A stretch of DNA of 50,043 nt from an uncultured Atribacterota bacterium (GCA_964632105.1 CAZWFH010000001.1:1-50043), one strand, 5' to 3'. Positions 8,076-15,999 are shown, counted from the stretch's first letter. The notes: generated by a model from the sequence alone, not told the origin. Numbers and translations are program-made.

Positions 8076-8282
8076 ATGCTTTTGAGTAGATTAGAAAATA
8101 TCTTACTAAACAATAATTTAGAAGAAAATTATAATCTTTTGACTAAAAGAGAAAGAAAAATTATCAATTTGTATTATCTTGAGGGATATAAGGATAAAGA
8201 GATAGCAAAGATTTATGGTGTTTGCCAGCAATCGGTAAACGAAAGTCGTAAAAAAGGAATAAAAAAATTAAAATATTTTTAA
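8076..8282 (+). CDS. Sigma-70 family region-4-only protein (SigO-like half sigma)
   Basis: ATG 8076 follows AGGAGG (8067-8072). LTKRERKIINLYYLEGYKDKEIAKIYGVCQQSVNESRKKGIKKLK is a region 4.2 HTH. Confidence 0.7.
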   Translation: MLLSRLENILLNNNLEENYNLLTKRERKIINLYYLEGYKDKEIAKIYGVCQQSVNESRKKGIKKLKYF

Positions 8283-8437
8283 TTTTTTTTAAAACTACCC
8301 TGTAAAATCACCTCTTTTTTGCTCTTACTAAGTAGAGGAAGTTTTTAGCTATGCTAAAAACTGTGATGAGTAATAAGTAATGAGTGATAAGCCTAATTAT
8401 TTAAGTAATTGTATACTCATTACCTGTCACATATTAC

Positions 8438-8461
8438 GCAATTAACCTACAGGTTAATTGC
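8438..8461. promoter_or_regulatory. Perfect 11-bp inverted repeat just upstream of the RBS of the 8486 gene
   Basis: GCAATTAACCT-AC-AGGTTAATTGC, followed by TAAGAAGGAGGTG. Confidence 0.4.
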
Positions 8462-8485
8462 TAAGAAGGAGGTGAAAAAAATAAG

Positions 8486-8758
8486 ATGGCCAGCGAATTA
8501 GGAGAAGTAACCAGTTATAAGAGACTGTATATGCAGTTTAGAGATAGTGCAGCTAAAACCATAAATCTAACCTTGAATAATCCCAAGAACGTAGATGATG
8601 GAGACTATGCTGACTTTGCGGCACAAGATGTCGCTGTTGAAGGAGTGATGGATACTATCATCGCCAAGAACATCTTCCATAATGATGGTAATGACTTAGT
8701 AGCCAAAGTAAATGCAAGAATCCTTGATTATAAGTCTACTGATGTTATGGATGTGTAG
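8486..8758 (+). CDS. DUF2922/DUF1659-like small protein
   Basis: 90 aa with RBS GAAGGAGG and no signal peptide. The pattern YKRLYMQFRD...KTINLTLNNPK...MDTIIAKNIF...LVAKVNARIL resembles the small DUF1659/DUF2922 proteins that accompany YvrJ in Firmicutes. Confidence 0.4.
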   Translation: MASELGEVTSYKRLYMQFRDSAAKTINLTLNNPKNVDDGDYADFAAQDVAVEGVMDTIIAKNIFHNDGNDLVAKVNARILDYKSTDVMDV

Positions 8759-8760
8759 GA

Positions 8761-8790
8761 AATAATGGTTAACCATTATTTCCAGTTTTT
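8761..8790 (+). terminator. Putative intrinsic terminator
   Basis: The palindrome AATAATGGTTAACCATTATT is followed by TCCAGTTTTTT. Confidence 0.4.
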
Positions 8791-8809
8791 TGTTTATAGT
8801 TTTTAGTTT

Positions 8810-8837
8810 GTAGGGGCGTATAGCGATACGCCCCTAC
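8810..8837. repeat. TGTAG-family palindromic hairpin
   Basis: GTAGGGGCGTAT-AGCG-ATACGCCCCTAC. It differs from the 8028 copy only in the loop. Confidence 0.85.
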
Positions 8838-8910
8838 CACTTGCAACATGCAACCTGTATTTCTAATTGGTCAATCGGTAAATTAACAAACGAGTGAAAG
8901 GAGGAAATCC

Positions 8911-9291
8911 ATGTTAGAAGCAATATTAAGTAAGTATCTACTCAATGCCCTACTATTATCTCTCGTCTCTATCTTTTACAGTTTTCTAAAGAACAAATTA
9001 GGAGAAGACAGAGCAAGTACCATTAAAGAGGCTATTCTTGCTGCCATGCTCTGGGCTGAAGAAGAGCTGGGGATAGGAAATAGTAATCAGAAATGGGATA
9101 TAGCCTGGAAGAATTTAATAGAGATACTGGCTGATAAGAATATCAGTTTAAGAAAGAGCGAGGAGAAAACAGTAAATATGATGATGAAGGCCAATGTGGA
9201 CAGGATCAATCGGCAGACCTATGATGTCCTGTTGAAGAAGAAATTAATAAAAGATAAAGGCCCTATCCAGCAGTCACTGTTGATTAAATAA
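8911..9291 (+). CDS. Holin-like protein (LL-H-type pattern)
   Basis: 126 aa with RBS AAAGGAGG. An N-terminal TM helix is followed by AILAAMLWAEEELGIGNSNQKWDIAWKNLIEILADKNISL, which resembles LL-H family phage holins. It sits directly upstream of a peptidoglycan peptidase gene. Confidence 0.45.
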   Translation: MLEAILSKYLLNALLLSLVSIFYSFLKNKLGEDRASTIKEAILAAMLWAEEELGIGNSNQKWDIAWKNLIEILADKNISLRKSEEKTVNMMMKANVDRINRQTYDVLLKKKLIKDKGPIQQSLLIK

Positions 9292-9310
9292 CCTCTCGTG
9301 AGGAGGATTT

Positions 9311-9367
9311 TGTAGAGACACGGCGTGCCGTGTTTTCTTTTTCACCACGGCACGCTGTGGTGCTACA
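9311..9367. repeat. Compound double-hairpin repeat (type B), copy 2
   Basis: TGTAGAGACACGGCGTGCCGTGTTTTCTTTTTCACCACGGCACGCTGTGGTGCTACA. Confidence 0.85.
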
Positions 9368-9461
9368 CTCACTCCTTGCAACTCATATCTTGTATTTTAA
9401 TTGGTCAATCGGTAAATTAGTGAATTGGTCAATTAACTAACGACTGAAAGGAGTTTGTTCC

Positions 9462-9842
9462 ATGCAAATGTTAAATAGTATAAACAATATAAACATCGCT
9501 CCACACTTCAACTTATCTGAATTTGCCTGTCCCTACTGTAAGAGAATAATGTTACGTCCCCTTCTCTTAGAAAAATTAGAAAAACTAAGAAAGATAATTG
9601 AAAAACCGATTCACATCACTTCCGGATATCGCTGCTCGAGATATAACCATCAAATTGGAGGGGTAACAAACAGCTACCACTGTATCGGACTGGCAGCAGA
9701 TATTAAAGTAAAAGATATCAATCTGATTACCCTTTTGGAGATATGTGAGAATATAGATTTTACTGGAATCGGGTTTTATGAGAAGAAGAACTTCCTGCAT
9801 CTGGATGTGCGGCCTACCGAACGCACCCGCTGGAGGGAATAA
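9462..9842 (+). CDS. Peptidase M15A (Peptidase_M15_3) zinc cell-wall peptidase, endolysin-like, no signal peptide
   Basis: HFNLSEFAC...ITSGYRCSRYNHQIGGVTNSYHCIGLAADI...FLHLDVR supplies the H/D/H zinc ligands of the LAS/M15 fold. Confidence 0.8.
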   Translation: MQMLNSINNINIAPHFNLSEFACPYCKRIMLRPLLLEKLEKLRKIIEKPIHITSGYRCSRYNHQIGGVTNSYHCIGLAADIKVKDINLITLLEICENIDFTGIGFYEKKNFLHLDVRPTERTRWRE

Positions 9843-9843
9843 A

Positions 9844-9884
9844 AAGTTGCCCAAAGGTGCCTGGCACCTTTGGGCAACTTTTTG
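9844..9884 (+). terminator. Strong stem-loop with T-run
   Basis: AAGTTGCCCAAAGGTGCC-T-GGCACCTTTGGGCAACTT followed by TTT. It ends 17 nt before the next start codon. Confidence 0.7.
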
Positions 9885-9900
9885 AGAAAGGAGTGAAGTA

Positions 9901-10170
9901 ATGGATGTTAAAACATTGTCTGAAGTGATCGCTAATCAGGGCTTCCCTATCGCCTTATCGATACTCTTAATCTTTCGCATCGATAGATTTATGCAGGAGA
10001 TAGTAACTGCCCAGAAAGATGGTTATCGTCAAATATTAGAAAATACTAAAGAGATACATAATACAATCACTAGCTTAAACCAGCAAAATCGAGAATACTA
10101 TTCGTTGCGCTTTTCGGAAGTGCAGAAAGAACTCTCCGGAATGAAGATAGAGTTGGGAAAAATTGAATAG
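9901..10170 (+). CDS. YvrJ-like small membrane protein
   Basis: VIANQGFPIALSILLIFRIDRFMQEI matches the YvrJ-family core (N-GFPI-hydrophobic-LL-R-I/E). RBS AAAGGAG. Confidence 0.45.
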   Translation: MDVKTLSEVIANQGFPIALSILLIFRIDRFMQEIVTAQKDGYRQILENTKEIHNTITSLNQQNREYYSLRFSEVQKELSGMKIELGKIE

Positions 10171-10192
10171 AAATAAAAATGCAATAAAATCA

Positions 10193-10243
10193 GGGTAAGC
10201 TATAAAAAAATTAGCGTCTTTTCTTTAGCTTACCCTTTTTTTA
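10193..10243 (+). terminator. Putative terminator closing the island
   Basis: GGGTAAGCTA...TAGCTTACCC followed by TTTTTTT. The loop is long. Confidence 0.5.
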
Positions 10244-10426
10244 TTTTGTCATCAAATTTGCCAATATGTAACTACCTTATAACTATATTTCAAATCATAA
10301 TATAAATTAAGATAAATCCCTTGAGTCTTAGAAATAATTTTAAAAATTTAGCGAATAGATAATATGATTTATATACTGATAGTTAATAATCTAATCTCTC
10401 TTTTCTAAATAATTACAGTCACAGTT

Positions 10427-11323
10427 TTAATCGAATTTTATATATTTCTTGTTAAATTCAGCAACCCCGATTACCGTATCTGCTCCGCCATAATAGACCA
10501 GGATTCTGTCACCAATCTCTACCTGACCACAGCTAAATACCACTTTGGGGATATATCCATTTATTTCCCAATCGAGTTCGGGTTCCAAGATTGGCTGAAT
10601 CTGTCTGGCCAGAACCTTTGAAGGGTCATCTAAATCGAGTAATGCTGCCCCCAGGCAGTAACCTTTTTCCTTGCTTGTGCCGTGGTATATTAAAAACCAA
10701 CCCTGCTCTGTTTTGATGGGAGGACCGGCTATTCCAATTTTATTATATTCCCAATCTGAATCAGGTATGGGCTTCATTATAATCTTATGATCATACCAGG
10801 TCTCTAAATCATCAGAATAGGCTATCCAGATATCCGGTTCCCTTCGGTGAAACATCACATACTTGCCTTTAATCTTCTCGGGGAACAGGGAAGCATCTTT
10901 ATTGGGTTCATCAAGGACTATTCCCTGTCTTTCCCAGTGGATAAGGTTTTTGGAAGTTGCCAGACAAATTCTGAAGTCTTCCGGGAATCTACCCCTATAT
11001 CCGGTATACATCATATAAAATATATCACCTATTTTAATTATTCGGGGGTCTTCGGGACCCCGAGCCTCCTGTTCTACATCATTGGGTAAAATTGGTTGTT
11101 CTAAGCGGTTGAAGTGAATCCCGTCTTTACTTACTGCATAGCCCAAGCGATTAATATAGGGTCCTTCTTTACCATTGGGGGCAATATCGGTAGCTCGGTA
11201 GATCATATGTACCAAACCATTGTCATATATTGCGGCACAGTTAAATACTGCGGTTGCTTCCCAGGGATGCTCTTTTTTTGGTAATAAGATAGGTTGTTTT
11301 GATAGTCTTTTTAGTTTTATCAT
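10427..11323 (-). CDS. GH130 family beta-mannoside phosphorylase/glycosidase (short form)
   Basis: 298 aa. NCAAIYDNGLVHMIYRA, GPEDPRI, YMMYTGY, DASLFPEKI, YHG and YYGGADT are five-bladed propeller GH130 hallmarks. Confidence 0.85.
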   Translation of the reverse strand: MIKLKRLSKQPILLPKKEHPWEATAVFNCAAIYDNGLVHMIYRATDIAPNGKEGPYINRLGYAVSKDGIHFNRLEQPILPNDVEQEARGPEDPRIIKIGDIFYMMYTGYRGRFPEDFRICLATSKNLIHWERQGIVLDEPNKDASLFPEKIKGKYVMFHRREPDIWIAYSDDLETWYDHKIIMKPIPDSDWEYNKIGIAGPPIKTEQGWFLIYHGTSKEKGYCLGAALLDLDDPSKVLARQIQPILEPELDWEINGYIPKVVFSCGQVEIGDRILVYYGGADTVIGVAEFNKKYIKFD

Positions 11324-12534
11324 ATAACTACCTCTCTCAATTTTTGATCATTTTTGATATCTTTTATCATATCTTTCCATAATAAGCGAATTTTAAAATA
11401 TTCTGGAACTAACTTTTTTGCCCTTTCTTTGGCATAATTAATAAACTCTCGGGCTTCCTTTTCAGGTTCTGTTTCAGCTATGTTTTTATCAGATAAGACC
11501 TTTGCAAGTTTCTCCTCTGAATCAGAAAAAACTTTACCCTCGAAAAAACTACCCGGATATGGCATTAATTCCTCAATATCTATATTATTTAAATTATTAT
11601 ATTTTTTTACTTGCTCAATTTTTTCTTTTTCATAAATAAATCGCAAGATATCTTGTTTTAGTTGGGAAATATTAGCTCCATTATGGGTATTTTTATAATC
11701 AGGTTGCAAATGAGTTATATTTAATTCTTTATCTAAAAAGAAATTAAGCCCTTCCATTTTTGCATTTATTAAATAATCAATATCTTCTCCTCTGGTATTG
11801 TAGGGGTCAAAAGATATTCTTTCTATAGTTGTGCGGGGAAATACCATATTTCCACCAAAGACTACAGGGGTTTTAACCAAACGCCCCTCTGTATGGTCTA
11901 ATCTATCATAGGTTAAATCCATAATGTAAGATTTTTTGTCAAAGAGATTTTCTAATTTCTCTTGTCCCTCAACTTTTAATCTATGATTCCCTTCTCTATC
12001 TAAATAGTAGCCAGCTACTCCTGCTATAAAATCTCCTTTGTATTCTTTCCCCACATATTCAGCTGCTTTATATAAATAATTACTATCATTAATTACTTCA
12101 TCATCATCAATGCCAACAACCACATCACTATTATTAATATAAGACACAATCAATTGTAAGTTTCTTATATTATTATAATTTTCCAGGTTAATCTCTTGTA
12201 AAATCTTGTAATGCCCAAGTTCAAATAATCTTTCTCTCAATATCTTTAATTTACTATAGGAAAAATGTTTTATCCCAAATTTATTCTTAAACTTATCAAT
12301 GATTCCCTGAACTCTTTTCTCTACTTTTTCCGCAATCTCCACATTTGTGGAAGCTGTTATTACCAAAATATTAAAATTAGGATAATTTATCTTCCTAAAA
12401 CTTTCCAATGTTCTGGCTAATGTTCCATCTAAATCAAGGGGAGTTGGATGATCGAAAATGAAACTCTCCCTCTTACTCTTAATATCGGTAGGCCAGGTCC
12501 AATAAGTCGGTATAACTACAGTTACTTTCTGCAT
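11320..12534 (-). CDS. GT-A fold glycosyltransferase-like protein (family uncertain)
   Basis: 404 aa. VVIPTYW at the N-terminus, DxD-like GIDDDEV, GGNMVF and RGEDIDY. Overlaps the downstream GH130 start by 4 nt. Confidence 0.4.
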   Translation of the reverse strand: MQKVTVVIPTYWTWPTDIKSKRESFIFDHPTPLDLDGTLARTLESFRKINYPNFNILVITASTNVEIAEKVEKRVQGIIDKFKNKFGIKHFSYSKLKILRERLFELGHYKILQEINLENYNNIRNLQLIVSYINNSDVVVGIDDDEVINDSNYLYKAAEYVGKEYKGDFIAGVAGYYLDREGNHRLKVEGQEKLENLFDKKSYIMDLTYDRLDHTEGRLVKTPVVFGGNMVFPRTTIERISFDPYNTRGEDIDYLINAKMEGLNFFLDKELNITHLQPDYKNTHNGANISQLKQDILRFIYEKEKIEQVKKYNNLNNIDIEELMPYPGSFFEGKVFSDSEEKLAKVLSDKNIAETEPEKEAREFINYAKERAKKLVPEYFKIRLLWKDMIKDIKNDQKLREVVI

Positions 12535-12605
12535 TCTAAATCCTCCAATAAATATATATTTATTAACCGTAACATTTTTTAATTTATCAAAATTTTCTTA
12601 TATAT

Positions 12606-14198
12606 TTAGAGTTCTTTTAAAGGAATAATGTCACATAATCTTGCAGAGGCTACCCCTATTACTTGATCTCCTCCGCCATAATACATCATAAGTTCATCAG
12701 TATCATTAATTATTTGATCTGAATTTTTATTTTTAGGGACAATTCCATTAGTAAATACTACATTAGGAGCCCAGCCATAAAATTCATAATTCTTTTCCGG
12801 AACAAATATTGGCTCAGGAGAACGGTATATTACTTTTGTCGGATCATTCAAATCTAATAATGCTGCACCTATCATATAACTCCTTCTTCCTTTATTAATT
12901 CCAACTCCATGATAAATCAATAGCCATCCATATCTACTCTTTAAAACCTGTGCCCCGGCCCCTACCCGTTCAGAATCCCACATTCTGGGCCGGGTTTTAA
13001 TAATTTCTACAAAATTGTTTTTCCAGGGTGGTTCCAGAGTTTCGGAAAAACTAATGGCGATATTTCGTATTTTTCCCCGTATTGGCCTTCTTAATAATAC
13101 ATATTTTCCATCTATTTTTTCAGGGAATAACACTGCATTTCGATCGTATACATTAGAGAACAAGGGACCATATTTTATCCATTTTTTCTTAATTTCTGAT
13201 TTTGGAGTATTAGGTATTTTAATAAAATCTTGAATCTTAATCGATGCCATTGCTATCTGAAGTACATTACTATAGGCACTATAAGTCATATAAATCCTAT
13301 CGTCAATTAAGGTTAATCTTGGGTCTTCACACCCTCCTTTCTCTCGATCTCGATTTTTCAATACCTCTGTTTCATCAAGTTCATATTCAGTATCTGGTGT
13401 AAAGATAGGATAACTTAACCTTCCATCTATATTAATACCATCTCTACTCCAGGCAAGACCTAAACGAGAGATATTATCATTTCCTAAAGTCCGATATATA
13501 ATATAAGTTACACCATCTATCCGAATTGCAGCAGGATTATAAACTAACTTTGCTTCCCAATAATTCTCTGGAATCGGTTTTAAAATAGGATTTCCTTCAT
13601 ACCTCTTTAAAATTCCAACTTTTTCAAAAAGAATATTCAGTGGTTGATCAAATAGTTTCTTACGAAACTGATAACTTGATCCACTTATATAAAAAACCTC
13701 AAAATTTGAAAACTCTAATAATTTATTAAAGGTTATTTCTCTGCCATCAATATTAAATATTTTATTCTTGATTATTTCACCTACGCTCGAACATACTCTA
13801 ACTTTTCTAATTATTCCTTTATCTAAAATTATCAAATCTGTTAGAAATTGTTCTTTTTCGGTTTTTACTTTTTCTTCATCTAATTGTTCTACCAAAAAAA
13901 GTATACTTTTTGATTTTGCTTCAATTTCCTGTATTATGCAATCAATTATTATAGCGCTTCTTTCTATTTTCCCTTTTAAAATCTTCGTCTTTCCTAATAT
14001 TGCCGCACCTTTCTCTACCTGGACATTTTCTCCTAACTCAACTTCTTTTCCCCAAAGAATTCCACCTTTTAACTCTATCCCTAAACTATTCCTTAGTGCA
14101 GAGTTTTTAAATAATTTTTTTATTTTTTCACGTAATTCCTGGGTTCGATCATAATCTGACTTTTTATTCATGAATTCTGATAAATTTAACTGATCCAT
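12606..14198 (-). CDS. GH130 family phosphorylase with a ~190-aa N-terminal extension
   Basis: 530 aa. The C-terminal ~330 aa carry GH130 motifs (NPAAIRIDGVTYIIYR, GCEDPRL, YMTYSAY, NAVLFPEKI, YHG, YYGGGD). I could not place the N-terminal region. Confidence 0.8.
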   Translation of the reverse strand: MDQLNLSEFMNKKSDYDRTQELREKIKKLFKNSALRNSLGIELKGGILWGKEVELGENVQVEKGAAILGKTKILKGKIERSAIIIDCIIQEIEAKSKSILFLVEQLDEEKVKTEKEQFLTDLIILDKGIIRKVRVCSSVGEIIKNKIFNIDGREITFNKLLEFSNFEVFYISGSSYQFRKKLFDQPLNILFEKVGILKRYEGNPILKPIPENYWEAKLVYNPAAIRIDGVTYIIYRTLGNDNISRLGLAWSRDGINIDGRLSYPIFTPDTEYELDETEVLKNRDREKGGCEDPRLTLIDDRIYMTYSAYSNVLQIAMASIKIQDFIKIPNTPKSEIKKKWIKYGPLFSNVYDRNAVLFPEKIDGKYVLLRRPIRGKIRNIAISFSETLEPPWKNNFVEIIKTRPRMWDSERVGAGAQVLKSRYGWLLIYHGVGINKGRRSYMIGAALLDLNDPTKVIYRSPEPIFVPEKNYEFYGWAPNVVFTNGIVPKNKNSDQIINDTDELMMYYGGGDQVIGVASARLCDIIPLKEL

Positions 14199-14207
14199 AC
14201 TTATTTA

Positions 14208-14714
14208 TTATCCTTTCAACCCCGCTGTTTTTACCCCTTCGATGAAATATTTTTGTGCTAATACAAAGACTATTACTATTGGTAAAATGGACATCGCTGA
14301 GGCTGCCATCATTAATGGCCATTGGGTTAGTCCTTCTCGGAAACCCTTAAAACCAGCAATACCAAGAGCAAGGACTTTCATATTATCCGTGTTTATTACA
14401 ATAAGCGGGTAAGTAAAATCATTCCAGGCAGAACCAAAGGTAAATATAGCCATCGCTGCCAGTGCTGGCTTTACCAATGGTAACATTATACTCCAAAATA
14501 TTCTAAAAGGACTTGCTCCATCTATAATAGCTGCCTCTTCTAATTCCTTAGGTATGGTAAGGAAAAACTGTTTCAATAAAATACACTGAAAGCCCCACCG
14601 AATGCTCCCAGTGCATGAGGAATAATCAGAACCTGATAGGTGTTAATCCAATGTAAATTTTTTTTACTCAAGATGAAAATTAGCAAATTTAAATAGATTC
14701 AGAATTCGTTTCAT
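14208..14714 (-). pseudogene. Carbohydrate ABC permease remnant (internal deletion plus frameshift)
   Basis: The C-terminal half is intact (EAAIIDGASPFRIFWSIMLP...). An upstream frame reads LHWINTYQVLIIPHALGAFGGAFSVFY*. A 16-aa N-terminal stub MKRILNLFKFANFHLE* follows an AGGAGG at 14714. The middle TM segments are missing. Confidence 0.7.
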
Positions 14715-14868
14715 CGCCTCCTTTCCCCCTTTTGTTTGATTCATACTTCCTCAATACTACTTCTAATAATGTAATTTTACTTTTGTATTTACTGTTAAAA
14801 TCTTTTTTCTATATAATTTATATTTTCCCTCCTCTTCTCAAATTCTTTTATATTAATATTCTCCTATA

Positions 14869-15999
14869 TTAACCTAATTTTTTAACGCTCTTCCTAAATA
14901 TCATTTTAGGGATTAATGCTATGTGCACCTTATCATTTTTGTTTTCAACCTTCGTATTAAAATCAAATTTCATCTTTGGAAATTCTTCTAAATAACCTAA
15001 TTCTCTTAATATTATATTCGCTCCTAAAACACCCATATCATATATAGGTTGTGAAAATGTAGTTAAATCAAGATACTCAGATAAGGGGTTATCATCAAAA
15101 CCTATTAATGAAACATCATTTGGTACTTTTAAACCAGCTTCTTCTAAAGCTTTTTCTGCCCCTGCAGCTTGATAATCACTTGCTGCAAAGATTGCTGTTA
15201 ATGAATTAGTATCTTCTTGTAATAAAAATCTTTTCATTGCTTTATTTCCGGCTTTAAAGGTAAAATGATCTATAGAAATAAATTTATTATCTAATGCAAT
15301 TCCTTTGTCTTGGTAAAACTTTTTAACACCTAATAATCTTTCATAACCTGAGGTAGTGGATTGAACCCCCATAATATAACCAATAGATCTATGGCCTTGT
15401 TGAAAAAGATAATTAACCGCGTTATAAGCTGCAGAAACATTATCAATATAAACAGAGGATAAATTATCTCTTTGTGAATCGATTAATACAATGGGATAAT
15501 TTTTGGGAATTAAATCAGGTTTTAATTTAGATTCCGGTAATAAACTGATAATTACACATCCATCAGTTTTGCTCCGAATAGAGAAATTTTGAATTCTTTT
15601 AATAAGTGTTTTCACTTCTTCCGCATTGTCTAACCAGTTTAATATCATGTCAAAGTTAAATTTTCTTAACTCAGTTTGAATGCCTCTAACCACATTCGTT
15701 CTAAAACCTGTAAAATCATGTAATAAATATACTGTTATTGTATTTGTTTTTTTAGAAGAAAGACTCCTGGCTATAGCATGAGGTTGATAACCTAATTCTT
15801 TAATAACTTCAATTACTCTCGCCTTGGTTGCGGAACTTACATGCTCTCTTTTATTTAAAACCCTGGATACTGTTCCTATCCCAACTCCAGCCTTTTTTGC
15901 TACCTCTTTAATCTTTATCCTTCCGATGTTTATCACTCCTTTCAAACTTACTATTTTTTCATTGATTATAAATTGTAGAAAAATTCCCTTAATCATCAA
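14869..15999 (-). CDS. LacI/GalR family transcriptional regulator (start uncertain)
   Basis: IKEVAKKAGVGIGTVSRVLN HTH plus a periplasmic-binding-fold sugar domain. The RBS AAAGGAG lies 8 nt from an ATC codon (GRIKIKEV...). The only canonical start is a TTG-ATG 27 codons upstream, which has no RBS. Confidence 0.85.
   Translation of the reverse strand: MMIKGIFLQFIINEKIVSLKGVINIGRIKIKEVAKKAGVGIGTVSRVLNKREHVSSATKARVIEVIKELGYQPHAIARSLSSKKTNTITVYLLHDFTGFRTNVVRGIQTELRKFNFDMILNWLDNAEEVKTLIKRIQNFSIRSKTDGCVIISLLPESKLKPDLIPKNYPIVLIDSQRDNLSSVYIDNVSAAYNAVNYLFQQGHRSIGYIMGVQSTTSGYERLLGVKKFYQDKGIALDNKFISIDHFTFKAGNKAMKRFLLQEDTNSLTAIFAASDYQAAGAEKALEEAGLKVPNDVSLIGFDDNPLSEYLDLTTFSQPIYDMGVLGANIILRELGYLEEFPKMKFDFNTKVENKNDKVHIALIPKMIFRKSVKKLG

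Noticed and set aside
8864-8885. GGTCAATCGGTAAAT within the 22-mer resembles a CtsR operator (tandem GGTCAAA heptads)
   Set aside because: The heptads are separated by 1 nt rather than 3 and differ from the consensus. No such site lies upstream of clpB in this window. The motif is just the genome-wide AATTGGTN word.
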